Shown here: piece after piece, positions 1 to 8,975 of the stretch | How the letters are laid out: each line of letters opens with the position of its first letter | How positions within the stretch are numbered: position 1 is the stretch's first letter | Source of the DNA: a virus | Lineage: Duplodnaviria > Caudoviricetes | IMG/VR virus record: IMGVR_UViG_3300009873_000081 | Coordinates: 39,995 to 103,994 of that record | Strand: one strand, 5' to 3' | DNA: 64,000 nucleotides | Notes under the pieces: generated by a model | Told to the model about the DNA's origin: nothing | The model's database searches: none | What the model saw: the letters and a program-made list of their open reading frames with translations, nothing else | Program-made: the position numbers and the translations under genes

Positions 1-663
1 GGTCTCTATCTCCTGCCCGTGCGTAGTGCGGCCTTCCCAATAAATTTCGTCATTATGACAATAAATACTTTGGTCGTTGGGAATTTGATCCCTAATCTTT
101 TTTGGTAAACTTGCAAAGAAATCAAGCGGCCTTAAAAGCTTGGTAACGATGATAACTGGCGCATCGTCAAATAAAGGATGAGCACCAGCAGCCTTATCAG
201 TAAAAACGTTGCGATAAGAAAGATCACGAAATCTTAGTTCTCCGCGTCCATAGTCAGCAATATTGTCCACATCGTTGAGAATCCAACCGATGCCGTGCTT
301 TTGCTGACGTGTTACTGTGCGCTCCATGAGCACGCTGCCCAAAGATTGATAAAAATGATAATCAAGAAAGTCATTCAGAACTTGCGCCAGTCCCACGTCT
401 TCCTTGCGAGTGCCATAGACAATACCTGTAGGCTTTTGAGCAATCATCATACTTATTCTGGTCAAAAGCAACGGGCGAAGCTTATTGAGCACAATGTCAC
501 TGCCGCCCCTCGCACGAAGCTTGTCCGACCACCCTTTCGTGTGTTGAGCACCAGCAACAGCCTTCTCATTCTTATCACGACCGCGCCGCCACTCCTGGCT
601 ATCAGTTTTGTATGCCTCGTAAGCATCCCAATCCATTTTTATTTGTTGGTCATTTACTGCCAT
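1..663 (-). CDS. Phage portal protein, N-terminal part (runs off window)
   Basis: Not in the ORF track. Manual translation from ATG at 663 gives MAVNDQQIKMDWDAYEAYK...IVLNKLRPLL...KEDVGLAQVLNDFL...HGIGWIL...NVFTD...FDDAPVIIVTK, open to base 1. Resembles P22-type portal N-termini and lies just downstream of TerL. Confidence 0.75.
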   Translation of the reverse strand, partial: MAVNDQQIKMDWDAYEAYKTDSQEWRRGRDKNEKAVAGAQHTKGWSDKLRARGGSDIVLNKLRPLLLTRISMMIAQKPTGIVYGTRKEDVGLAQVLNDFLDYHFYQSLGSVLMERTVTRQQKHGIGWILNDVDNIADYGRGELRFRDLSYRNVFTDKAAGAHPLFDDAPVIIVTKLLRPLDFFASLPKKIRDQIPNDQSIYCHNDEIYWEGRTTHGQEIET

Positions 664-666
664 AGC

Positions 667-1074
667 TTAATTCGCTTTATAAATATTCCAATCGTAACAA
701 CGATTAACCAATTGTCGATTTAAATTCTCGACAACTGAGCAAAACTTTTCCTCGTCTTTCAGCAGATCGAGCTTTCTTCGTCTTGCCCAGGTCAGCGCCG
801 CATGTGTGATCTCATGAGTAGTCACGCCTACGCCCAAATCTCTTTGCCAGAAAAAGACACATCCGCACAAACGCGGATTCTTGAATTTCTCCTGTGAGTT
901 TGCAAACGATACTACACAAGCTCGAAGCGATTTGCCCATTTGATTTCTTTCGATACCTGTGGCTCTTACAGCTTCGAGCATCGTCTTTTTTCTTTGAAAA
1001 ATCCAAACCAAAAAATAAAGCGACTTGTTTTCAGGGTAAATGCGAAATTTCCAAAATAAGTTGGAGTGTCGCAT
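667..1074 (-). CDS. Small HExxH (zincin-like) phage protein
   Basis: VTTHEITHAAL motif followed by DEE. Confidence 0.5.
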   Translation of the reverse strand: MRHSNLFWKFRIYPENKSLYFLVWIFQRKKTMLEAVRATGIERNQMGKSLRACVVSFANSQEKFKNPRLCGCVFFWQRDLGVGVTTHEITHAALTWARRRKLDLLKDEEKFCSVVENLNRQLVNRCYDWNIYKAN

Positions 1075-2739
1075 TTAATAAATCCCAAGTTCAGCAAAAT
1101 TTGTCGGCACAAAGCCCAAATCGTCGTCAGGCTCGTCGCGCTCGATTCTGAATTTTTCCAATCTTGTTAAGGCTCGAAACAAAGGCTCAGTACAAACGTG
1201 AGAATTTTCTTCACCAAATTGCAATGAATCGAGAAGGTGAGGCGATTTCATAGAGTCAAACAAACGACCTTCATGCTCGATTTCTTTCATTTCTGGCCTT
1301 ATGGCAATCTGTCCTAACGAAAGACGAGGGTTCAAACCAGCATAAATACGGCCTTTTTTGTCTGGCGGCTGGTACTTGATAAAGATTGGCGAAAACGGAT
1401 ATTTGGCAAAGAATGTATCACCAACAACTTTTTCGTTGGTCATAGGCGCGTAGATTCTGGCTCCGCCAATGGCCTCGATAACGACGCTATTATAGAAATA
1501 TTTTTTATGCAGCTCTAAAGCTCGATCTATAATTTTAGTTGGCGACATAAAATTGTAATCAAACTCTAAAATCCAAGTCATATTAAAAACAATCGGTTCT
1601 CCGATGTTCTCGATTCTTTTAAAAACTCTGCCACGAGCGACGGTCATCAAAACCCGCTCGTCAGCGTTGTCGCCTTCAGCAAAGGCAGGATCAATATAGA
1701 GAAAGGTATAAACCGGAATTGGATCGGGGTATTCGTCAGAGATCAAAACATTTTGCACACCTTCGTAGCGTTTGAACGTCATGTGGTGATAAACCCATCC
1801 TGTCAGTTCCTTAGTCAATTCCGGAATGATCACATTTTGACGCTCTGCCAGGAAAATACCTCTTTTACCTTCTTCAACAGCTTTCTTTGCCTGTGCTCTT
1901 AATCTCTCAGTTGGATGATAGCTTTCCCAGATACTAACGCCTTTGATTTCTTTTGGATCGTCAAGTAAATCAGGAGAGCCGTCAGGAAGCACCAGTGAGT
2001 GAAAGGAAGTTCCTTTGTATTTCTTATCCTTCATAATGTGGTCGAGCAAACAGCCGGGGCCAAGCAAATTTCCAATATACCTGACCTTGCCATAAGTTGA
2101 ATCTATTGCGTACTCAACTTCTCTCTCCCAGAAGGATTTATGCGACTCAAGCGTGGAAGGCTCACGCATGTCTGGTGAGTCTTCTACATCATCGCCTAGT
2201 ATCAAAGTATAACGCCAGCCCTTTTTCTGACCGGAACGCACACTACCTCCCAAACCGATTGAGCGCAGATAAACGCCGTTGGTCGGCGCAATCTCGTGCG
2301 CACTCCAAACCGATTCTCGGCTTTGTGGCCTAAGCTCACCATAAACTTCTAACAACTTTGGATTGCACTCAATATCAAATTTTAGATCGGCAAGCATGGC
2401 TTTGCCGGAATCCCCCACCTTACCGATAAGTAGAATATAAGGCTCAAGCTTATAGTAAATTCTATAGAGCGTATTAAAGCGAACGTGACTCGTTTTTGCG
2501 AGTTCGCGTGGGCTTGTACAGTAATAATATTGGTAGTTTAGGGCAAGAGAGTAATGAATGCCCCAGTGTGGAGGAGCAATATCCTGAGTTCGCATATAAA
2601 AATGCGGCTCGTTCTCAGGATCACCAAAGAAATACATCGACCAGGCAATAACACGCTTGGTCGTCTCGGTAGGATCGTTTGGCACTGGCGCGAACTCAGC
2701 TTTAATCGCTTCGCGCTGGCTTTTAGTCAAGCTGAACAA
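1075..2739 (-). CDS. terL: Terminase large subunit
   Basis: Walker A-like SPRELAKTS, Walker B ILGDDVED, coupling motif YIGN, RNase H-like nuclease motif YIDPA; near the portal gene. Confidence 0.9.
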   Translation of the reverse strand: MFSLTKSQREAIKAEFAPVPNDPTETTKRVIAWSMYFFGDPENEPHFYMRTQDIAPPHWGIHYSLALNYQYYYCTSPRELAKTSHVRFNTLYRIYYKLEPYILLIGKVGDSGKAMLADLKFDIECNPKLLEVYGELRPQSRESVWSAHEIAPTNGVYLRSIGLGGSVRSGQKKGWRYTLILGDDVEDSPDMREPSTLESHKSFWEREVEYAIDSTYGKVRYIGNLLGPGCLLDHIMKDKKYKGTSFHSLVLPDGSPDLLDDPKEIKGVSIWESYHPTERLRAQAKKAVEEGKRGIFLAERQNVIIPELTKELTGWVYHHMTFKRYEGVQNVLISDEYPDPIPVYTFLYIDPAFAEGDNADERVLMTVARGRVFKRIENIGEPIVFNMTWILEFDYNFMSPTKIIDRALELHKKYFYNSVVIEAIGGARIYAPMTNEKVVGDTFFAKYPFSPIFIKYQPPDKKGRIYAGLNPRLSLGQIAIRPEMKEIEHEGRLFDSMKSPHLLDSLQFGEENSHVCTEPLFRALTRLEKFRIERDEPDDDLGFVPTNFAELGIY

Positions 2740-2744
2740 ATCAT

Positions 2745-2880
2745 TGCTCTAAAACCGTCCTGGCGGTTGTATTCCTGGATACTATCAGTCTGCTGGTGAC
2801 GGTTTCCAGGATGTCCGTGCTTCGCGGCGTCCCGCTAACCAGCAGAGCTTTTATCCTACGCACCGCTATTTAGGTAGGAT
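2745..2880 (-). ncRNA. Candidate pseudoknotted RNA in the terL 5' leader
   Basis: Three crossing complementary pairs (TCTGCTGG/CCAGCAGA, TCCTGGA/TCCAGGA, AAACCGTC/GACGGTTT) plus an ATCCTAC/GTAGGAT hairpin. Confidence 0.4.
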
Positions 2881-2894
2881 TGGCTTTATCAAAT

Positions 2895-3536
2895 CTATGC
2901 ACTAAAAATAAAAGCGTGATTCTCGAAATTTTTTAAATTGCCAAACTGTCCGTGATTTTTGTAGTATTCGAGCTTGAAGCCCAAATCCTGCATTAAGCCT
3001 GTCAAGTCCTTGTCAGTAATGCCGTATTGCCAGATCGCCGTCGAATCGGGATTTCTTTCAATATCTTGATACGACGGATGCTTTTGATCGTGAGGTACAT
3101 TCCTGAAATATTCATCCATGCCCAAACCAAGCAGTCTTATCGAGCTTTCTGATTTGATCCACATCGGATTATAGATCAAAAAGGTCTTGACTTGTTTGGC
3201 ATAAAGCTTGATAACGCTTTTCCAATCCGGCTTTGCCTGATGCAACAATACGTCAAACATAAAGGCAACATCGGCATTGCCGATCTGTCCGGCGATTTTA
3301 GGCGTGGCAAAGTTCCCGCAAATGTCGTAAAGATTCTTTTGGCCGTTTTTTATCTGATAGAATTTTTCTGAAAAAGAGCTGTCAACGATATAAGCACACT
3401 CAGAATGATACTTGCCGAAAGCATAAAACGTGTAAGCCCCGTCTACGTTCCAATTGCCGCCCAGATCGACAAACGATTTCGGCTTCGGCTCCCGGCTAAA
3501 AGCCAGGTCGATCAATTCAAGCTTGTGCTGATTCAC
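2895..3536 (-). CDS. Class I SAM-dependent methyltransferase
   Basis: SFVDLGG motif I, then VD, and FMFDVLLHQ. Confidence 0.7.
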   Translation of the reverse strand: MNQHKLELIDLAFSREPKPKSFVDLGGNWNVDGAYTFYAFGKYHSECAYIVDSSFSEKFYQIKNGQKNLYDICGNFATPKIAGQIGNADVAFMFDVLLHQAKPDWKSVIKLYAKQVKTFLIYNPMWIKSESSIRLLGLGMDEYFRNVPHDQKHPSYQDIERNPDSTAIWQYGITDKDLTGLMQDLGFKLEYYKNHGQFGNLKNFENHAFIFSA

Positions 3537-4018
3537 TTTTTCTCAAATTGAAAGTAAGCGTAGCCGTCTGCGACCGTTCGGAGAGTCGGGACGTAGCCTA
3601 AACCAAGCAAACGGTCATATTGCTCGATCATCTTTTTGTTGTTGGGTGCTTCGGGATTTTTGAAGAGCACACCAGCATTTTCCAAATCGAGTAGAGCTAA
3701 TGGCATTTTTAGAAAGTCATAAGGTGAGAGTGGCTTTGGCTCTGATGTCTCGATTGTTCCGCCAATCTTTACATTTTGCAACGGTGTTGTCTTAGGCTGA
3801 TCTTCAATACCGCGTAAAATAGGTTGAGGAAGAGCCTGTTTGATCGTTGGCTCGACAACAGGATATGGATGCTTTGGGATGGGAGCGTCTTTTGGTTGCT
3901 CTTTTGGCTTGGATAAAATCTCAGAAAAGGTTTTTGCCGGACGTTTAGCAACAGCTTCCGGTTCAAGATTTTTCTTCGTTGCTTTGACATCAGGTTCCTT
4001 ACTTTTTGCCTTTGCCAT
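3533..4018 (-). CDS. Hypothetical Lys/Pro-rich protein
   Basis: 161-aa ORF overlapping both neighbours in the operon. Confidence 0.6.
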   Translation of the reverse strand: MAKAKSKEPDVKATKKNLEPEAVAKRPAKTFSEILSKPKEQPKDAPIPKHPYPVVEPTIKQALPQPILRGIEDQPKTTPLQNVKIGGTIETSEPKPLSPYDFLKMPLALLDLENAGVLFKNPEAPNNKKMIEQYDRLLGLGYVPTLRTVADGYAYFQFEKK

Positions 4019-4163
4019 AACCTTTTGCCTTCGTTGGAGTTTTACCGCCCGCCAGCAATCCCATTAAACCGCGTTGTGCCGAAGTCAGAGGCTTGCCATG
4101 CACTGTGCCGTCTTTTAAGATTCGCTTGGCCTTATATCTTGATAGCAATTTCTTCTTTGGCAC
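3999..4163 (-). CDS. Small basic protein (54 aa)
   Basis: Not in the track. AAGGAG then GTG gives MPKKKLLSRYKAKRILKDGTVHGKPLTSAQRGLMGLLAGGKTPTKAKGYGKGKK; its start lies inside the 3' end of the LAGLIDADG gene. Confidence 0.6.
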   Translation of the reverse strand: MPKKKLLSRYKAKRILKDGTVHGKPLTSAQRGLMGLLAGGKTPTKAKGYGKGKK

Positions 4164-5256
4164 TTTTCATCTCCTTTAGTCTTTTTTCAAAGAAATTTCT
4201 CTTATACAACTCAAAGCTAGACGGTAACTTATTACCATTAGAAAATTTGCAGTACCTATAGAACTTAATAGCTAACTCAGCTTGCTCTTTTTTAACCGTC
4301 ATTTGGCTTACTATACGCTTGAGAAAATCAGCAGCTTTTATGCCATGTAAGCTCCAAACAAATGTATTTGCTAAACGATTAAAATATAACTTTCCGCCGT
4401 TCTGCTTAGTCAATTGAAACAAATGTTTTATAGCTTCAAACTCTCGCATTTGCACAGTAACAACAAGATTATGATAAACAACCGAATTATAGTATCGTTT
4501 TGTACCGTAAATACCTATACATCCTTCGCCATCTACAATACCTGCGAGATAGGCTGAATCCTGTGGCACAGACCAATCAACATTCGGCAGATCAGTACTA
4601 CTTTTGAAATTATTAGCAAGTTTCAATTCTTTTATTGTATTCTCAAATTGATCTCGCCTACTTAGATCGTCATTAGTCACTAAGCTATTACAACGATAGA
4701 AATAGCATTCTTGATAGAAACTTATAGCAAATTCAGCCTGCTTTTTCTTAACCTTTAGAAAAGGCAAAATTCTCCTAAGAAAAACAAAAGCTTTTAAACC
4801 ATAGATATGCCAGCCGTATAGCATCCCGTTTTTTACGATTTTATTTTTTTGCTTAGATTTTTTCGTTTGTGTTAAAAACGCCAGTTGATTCACAGCACCG
4901 CTATTTGTCATTGTAACAGATACAAGCAATTGATGATATGTGGACTTTCTTACACCGAATGGCTTCTTTTTATACACGCCTATAGTGCCCTCGCTATCAA
5001 CTATACCTGCGCAGTATGCAGCATCGCTATCTGACATAGCGAACTTACTTTCGATATTTTCAACTTGTTTGCTTCTTAACTCAATTTTCTTTCGAGGCCT
5101 GTTTCTTATTCTTGATGCCTTTTTATCTGCATCGCAGCATAATCTGCATCTTCCTGTTCTACCATCAGAGTTCCTCTTATCAGGATAAAACTCTGTAAAG
5201 TTTTTACTAATTTTACAAAAATTACAAACTTTTGACATAGGCATACAACTATTCAA
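4132..5256 (-). CDS. Double-motif LAGLIDADG homing endonuclease with N-terminal Cys-rich zinc-finger-like region
   Basis: AYCAGIVDSEGTIG and AYLAGIVDGEGCIG motifs, each followed by KKxQAE.AI.FY; AT-rich relative to flanks. Confidence 0.9.
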   Translation of the reverse strand: MNSCMPMSKVCNFCKISKNFTEFYPDKRNSDGRTGRCRLCCDADKKASRIRNRPRKKIELRSKQVENIESKFAMSDSDAAYCAGIVDSEGTIGVYKKKPFGVRKSTYHQLLVSVTMTNSGAVNQLAFLTQTKKSKQKNKIVKNGMLYGWHIYGLKAFVFLRRILPFLKVKKKQAEFAISFYQECYFYRCNSLVTNDDLSRRDQFENTIKELKLANNFKSSTDLPNVDWSVPQDSAYLAGIVDGEGCIGIYGTKRYYNSVVYHNLVVTVQMREFEAIKHLFQLTKQNGGKLYFNRLANTFVWSLHGIKAADFLKRIVSQMTVKKEQAELAIKFYRYCKFSNGNKLPSSFELYKRNFFEKRLKEMKSAKEEIAIKI

Positions 5257-5262
5257 TCCTTT

Positions 5263-5310
5263 TCACTTCCCAGCTTTTGCTTTGGATGGGTATTTTCTTT
5301 TCTTAGCCAT
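5263..5310 (-). pseudogene. Orphaned original 5' end of the small basic protein gene
   Basis: AAGGAG RBS then MAKKRKYPSKAKAGK*, similar to the N-terminus of the 3999-4163 ORF. Confidence 0.5.
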
Positions 5311-6814
5311 TTGAAATCTCCTTTGCTCGATTCAGTGTTTCGCCGATCATATCTTCAAAATTAAGCGGCACTGGCTCAAACAAGCTTTCCGGCGCTGCAA
5401 CCGCAGGGCTTAGATTGTAACCTGAATCTTTGGCGCGTTTTGGCCATCGTGCCATTACGTTGGATTCAAATTCCGGCTCAACCTTATACCATTTGCCCTG
5501 CCACTTTAGATCGAGCTTGGGATCAGGCGCTTGGGTTTCTGTAGCATACTCCGAAAGCATGTACTCGATCCAGGACAAGCGGACTGCATTTTCCACCTGC
5601 GGCGGGCTTTTTCTTTGTTCCAGCGCGATATTGGGATGGTCTAATGCACTGGCTTCGATAACATGGCTGCTCTTCTCGAATGCGGCAATGAATTGCGCCT
5701 CTTTTACCGGACGATAGAAAGCCACAAATTTAACGTTTTCTCCGGCCAACACACTTTCCGCTTTTTTCCAAAACGCTTCCGGTATATCGTGAGCACGGTC
5801 AAAAACAATCAGCAAATTAGTCTCGCGTTTCGGCTCGAAAAGTGTAATGTCTTTGGCAGTCAAACCCTGCGCATAGTGACTATAATTCATCTCCATGCGC
5901 GGCGCTTTGGGAGAGAGTCCAAAACGTTCTCCTCTTTGCATTCTAATCTCAGCCCAAAGCTTGTCCACAAGCAAATCTTCGGTCGGGGCCACTGCCAAAA
6001 CTACTGAAGGCACAAAGGCATCGAAGAACCAATTGATTAGAACAGCCGCAATAAAGCTTGCGCCTTGATATTGACTGCCACGAAACAAAATTCGGTTATT
6101 TTTGTTTTTGACTACTGACTGCAAAAGCTCGCTTTGCTTTAGCGTTGGCCTTCTTTTTAGAACATCTCGCATATATTTGAGCGGTAGATCACGATAGCTT
6201 TTATAATCCCGACCAGCCTCTAAAAAAGCGAAAAGCCTGAAGCGGCTTTCTGGCGGCAGGCTCTTGTCTTCAAGAAGATGCGCAGCTAAAATCCGGTAAG
6301 CTGCCTTTGCCTCTTCAGTCAACGGCAGATCAACATTTTTGATTTCCTCGAATCGGGCTTCTTCTGTTCCATCAGGTAACTCGTCTTCGTTAGCATCGTC
6401 ATCAAGCAAAGCTTCGGTACTGATACCAACGCTATCGTGGTTTGGCATTAGCAGTCCGGCAAGATAAGCTTTATGCTCTGCCGGCAACCCTTCTACCATC
6501 AACAAAAAGGCGTCTTCTTTTGACATCTCAGACTGCGGCAGACCATAAAATCGGTTGAGTAGAATGTTGGCAGCAGCTACGCATTGACGATTTTCGGTAT
6601 TAGTCGCAACGTCATAAAGCGCGTCAATGACTCGCTTCAAGCGCGACATTTTTGATTTATACCTGTGGTCGGGCCTCTGCATATAAGCCCGACCAAACTC
6701 TGCCAAGCCAAAACCAATTTTGGAGCTTTTGTTATCTCCCGGATACCATTTATTTAAAAAATGATCAGCCGTTTTTGGCGCGGTATAAATTTTACCTGTT
6801 TCATAGTCGCTCAT
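5303..6814 (-). CDS. TerS-like N-terminus fused to a degenerate terminase-type ATPase domain
   Basis: N-terminal helical AAANILLNRFYGLP segment; C-terminal PTLKQ, RGSQYQGASF (decayed Walker A), VAPT, LLIVFDRA (decayed Walker B), AFYRP. Confidence 0.6.
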   Translation of the reverse strand: MSDYETGKIYTAPKTADHFLNKWYPGDNKSSKIGFGLAEFGRAYMQRPDHRYKSKMSRLKRVIDALYDVATNTENRQCVAAANILLNRFYGLPQSEMSKEDAFLLMVEGLPAEHKAYLAGLLMPNHDSVGISTEALLDDDANEDELPDGTEEARFEEIKNVDLPLTEEAKAAYRILAAHLLEDKSLPPESRFRLFAFLEAGRDYKSYRDLPLKYMRDVLKRRPTLKQSELLQSVVKNKNNRILFRGSQYQGASFIAAVLINWFFDAFVPSVVLAVAPTEDLLVDKLWAEIRMQRGERFGLSPKAPRMEMNYSHYAQGLTAKDITLFEPKRETNLLIVFDRAHDIPEAFWKKAESVLAGENVKFVAFYRPVKEAQFIAAFEKSSHVIEASALDHPNIALEQRKSPPQVENAVRLSWIEYMLSEYATETQAPDPKLDLKWQGKWYKVEPEFESNVMARWPKRAKDSGYNLSPAVAAPESLFEPVPLNFEDMIGETLNRAKEISNG

Positions 6815-6882
6815 ATTACACAAAGATAAACAATTACTTGAACTCTGTCAAGTAAAATCTACACAACAGAGGAAAATGGCGA

Positions 6883-7161
6883 TTATTTTGTTCGCCGGAA
6901 GGCAGTTTGAGGGCAGTGTACAGGCGAAAATTTCGGGATGACTTCGGCAGGTCTGCTCCAGTCTGAAACGAGTCCGCCAATTTTGACTCGCGCTCGAACA
7001 TCACATGGAGCGCCGTAGAGCACGACAAAATTCTTTTCAGACTCAACAGTTTTGAAAACTTGTTTGCCTACGGATGTTAATTGCTCGACTTCAAATATTG
7101 CATTTTCAACATCTGATCCCAAAACCAAGACGGGGCTGTATTGGTCAAGGTCGTAAGAAAT
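6883..7161 (-). pseudogene. 3' part of a gene interrupted by the TnpB cassette (Fn3-like)
   Basis: ISYDLDQY...VRARVKIGGLVSDWSRPA...; has no start codon of its own but joins in frame to 8580-8681. Confidence 0.65.
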
Positions 7162-7183
7162 GTGCAGAAAAGTGATAAAAATA

Positions 7184-8431
7184 TTAACACTTGACTTTTT
7201 GCGCAGTCGGACAGACCAGCGCTGGGCGACACACACGCCCTCTATCGGCTATCGGTATCACCGAATCGCCGAATGCTTTCCTTGCTATGCCGATGGCTCC
7301 GTTAACATCGGCGTTGATTGTAAATCCAAGCGAGGACTGGAAAAGTCCGCGCTTGATTCGCTTGCCGAGATAGTTCTCGAAATGTTGCATCGGTTCTTTG
7401 GCAAAATGATCGATCTTGGAAGTGTAGCTTTCCTCGCTCTCCATGACTGTGATACCGTACTCACGCGCCTTGTAGGAAATCATTCCTGCCAAACGAGCAT
7501 GCGGTATTTGCACGAAGTTTTGATTGTTGGATGAACCAAGATTGCTTTCTTGCTTCCAAAATTGATTTCGACCAATGACGATTGTGCCAATGCGATTCTC
7601 TATACAAAAATTTATGATGAATCTGCTGGTCTTGTGCAGGTAATCATTGACTTTGTTGTTGCGTTTCGAGTTTATGCTTTTTATCCTGTGCGAGCTTTTG
7701 GTTTTGATTATGGATTGCAGACGCGCTTTTTCTTTGTTGAAAGACTGGTTGATCGACTTGAGCGGTCTTCCGTTGATCAACGAACTTTCGGAAACGTTTG
7801 AGAACATGGCGGCAAGATTGTTCACGCCAAGATCAAGCGATACAAAGTTTTTCGCATCAACTTCGGCAGATTTTATTTCATCATCATACACTATGTCAAA
7901 GACGAATTTCTGGCTTTGCAATGTAATGCGAACCTGCCGAAATTTATTAGGTTTGATCTTTGTCTTGATCGGCTTTATTTCCTTCAATCCAAACTTATCA
8001 AGTTTAGGAAACTTTATTACGCCACTTTTCACTTGTACCTGCTGGCAAGTAAAAATGACGGTTCCGGTTTTGTTCTCACGAAGATATTTCGGGATTGACG
8101 GTTTGGCCTTGAATGATGATTGATTTTTTTTAAACGCTCTCAACGCTGCAAACCACGATGTAAATGAGCGGCAAGCCTGGATAACTACTTGTTGTGCGGT
8201 CTGTGCTGGTAAGGTGCGATACAATTCATGATTCTCGGAGACGAAAAAATTGATAAAATCTATCGCAGTGAAAACCGGCTCACGCCAAAATACTTTTTGC
8301 CGTTGGACAAAAATCACCGTGTTGTATAAAGCTTTTGAACGATTGGCAAGCTCAAAAATATTTTTGTCAAACGGTCTAACATGTCGTTCGACTTTTGATA
8401 TGAGATTTTCAGGTTTGTTCTTTCGTTTCAT
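7184..8431 (-). CDS. tnpB: RNA-guided endonuclease TnpB (IS200/IS605-related clade without zinc finger)
   Basis: RuvC motifs SLDLGVNN, IVIGRNQFWKQ, EESYTS, NADVNGA; start placed at MKRK after the leader terminator. Confidence 0.92.
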   Translation of the reverse strand: MKRKNKPENLISKVERHVRPFDKNIFELANRSKALYNTVIFVQRQKVFWREPVFTAIDFINFFVSENHELYRTLPAQTAQQVVIQACRSFTSWFAALRAFKKNQSSFKAKPSIPKYLRENKTGTVIFTCQQVQVKSGVIKFPKLDKFGLKEIKPIKTKIKPNKFRQVRITLQSQKFVFDIVYDDEIKSAEVDAKNFVSLDLGVNNLAAMFSNVSESSLINGRPLKSINQSFNKEKARLQSIIKTKSSHRIKSINSKRNNKVNDYLHKTSRFIINFCIENRIGTIVIGRNQFWKQESNLGSSNNQNFVQIPHARLAGMISYKAREYGITVMESEESYTSKIDHFAKEPMQHFENYLGKRIKRGLFQSSLGFTINADVNGAIGIARKAFGDSVIPIADRGRVCRPALVCPTAQKVKC

Positions 8432-8432
8432 G

Positions 8433-8550
8433 AAATAAAAAACCCTTGCAAGGTGCCATCGTGATTCACCGAAACGGTGGATTACGAAACCCGCAAGGGT
8501 CATTCGGTAAATCATGATGGCACTTTAAAAATATAAAATTTTTATGTCAA
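8433..8550 (-). promoter_or_regulatory. Promoter plus attenuator-like leader of tnpB
   Basis: TTGACA-17-TAAAGT; a long 5' stem competes with an ACCCTTGC/GCAAGGGT-polyT terminator. Confidence 0.6.
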
Positions 8551-8579
8551 AAGCAAACACTTTTATCAAATTTATGCAC

Positions 8580-8681
8580 TACAATCGTTTCGGGTGGGTT
8601 AAGATCAGTGCGGTTGCTTTCGAGAATTACAAGTGGGACGTGGGCAGCCAGAGTAAAGAGGAAGATAAAGAACTTGTCCAT
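8580..8681 (-). pseudogene. 5' part of the TnpB-interrupted gene
   Basis: AGGAG upstream; MDKFFIFLFTLAAHVPLVILESNRTDLNPPETIV with a hydrophobic signal-like start. Confidence 0.6.
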
Positions 8682-8780
8682 AAGTTGCTAAACGCTCCTA
8701 AAGTTGTATTATACAGTTCGTTTACCTCCCTCGATAGTCTTTAGGAGCAACTTCAGTGCCTAACGCCGTGCTGCTCAAGA

Positions 8781-8975
8781 TTAATCAGTTAATTCGTGCA
8801 AATCTGGTATTTTTTCCAAGCCTTTTTCAAGTTCCAATCTGACAATTTTATGCCCCATCAGCTTTAGAATGATCGCATCTGTTAACTTCAATTTGCCGAC
8901 ATAATACGAGGTTTTACCAACGTGAACAAACCCGCCTTCGACTAATTTTTGTTTTACACTTTCTTCTTCAGACAT
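8781..8975 (-). CDS. Hypothetical protein
   Basis: ORF overlapping the upstream gene. Confidence 0.5.
   Translation of the reverse strand: MSEEESVKQKLVEGGFVHVGKTSYYVGKLKLTDAIILKLMGHKIVRLELEKGLEKIPDLHELTD

Larger units (their letters stand above)
7162..8579 (-). mobile_element. TnpB-only insertion bounded by 34-bp imperfect inverted repeats
   Basis: Repeats at 7162-7195 and 8546-8579 (GTGCA.AAA..TGATAAAA...TTGAC); removal restores a reading frame; no tnpA present. Confidence 0.75.

Noticed and set aside
295-723. Plus-strand 142-aa ORF
   Set aside because: Antisense shadow of the portal gene.
2745-2850. Hammerhead ribozyme
   Set aside because: CUGAUAG and GAAAC are present, but the core differs from CUGANGA and the helices do not assemble into a clean three-way junction.
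4020-5302. Group I intron or intein around the LAGLIDADG ORF
   Set aside because: There is no room for intron core helices and no intein terminal motifs; the flanks are explained by the duplicated small gene.
8432-8515. N-terminal 28 aa of TnpB as given in the ORF track
   Set aside because: It overlaps the structured leader and terminator; the ATG at 8431 is the more plausible start.
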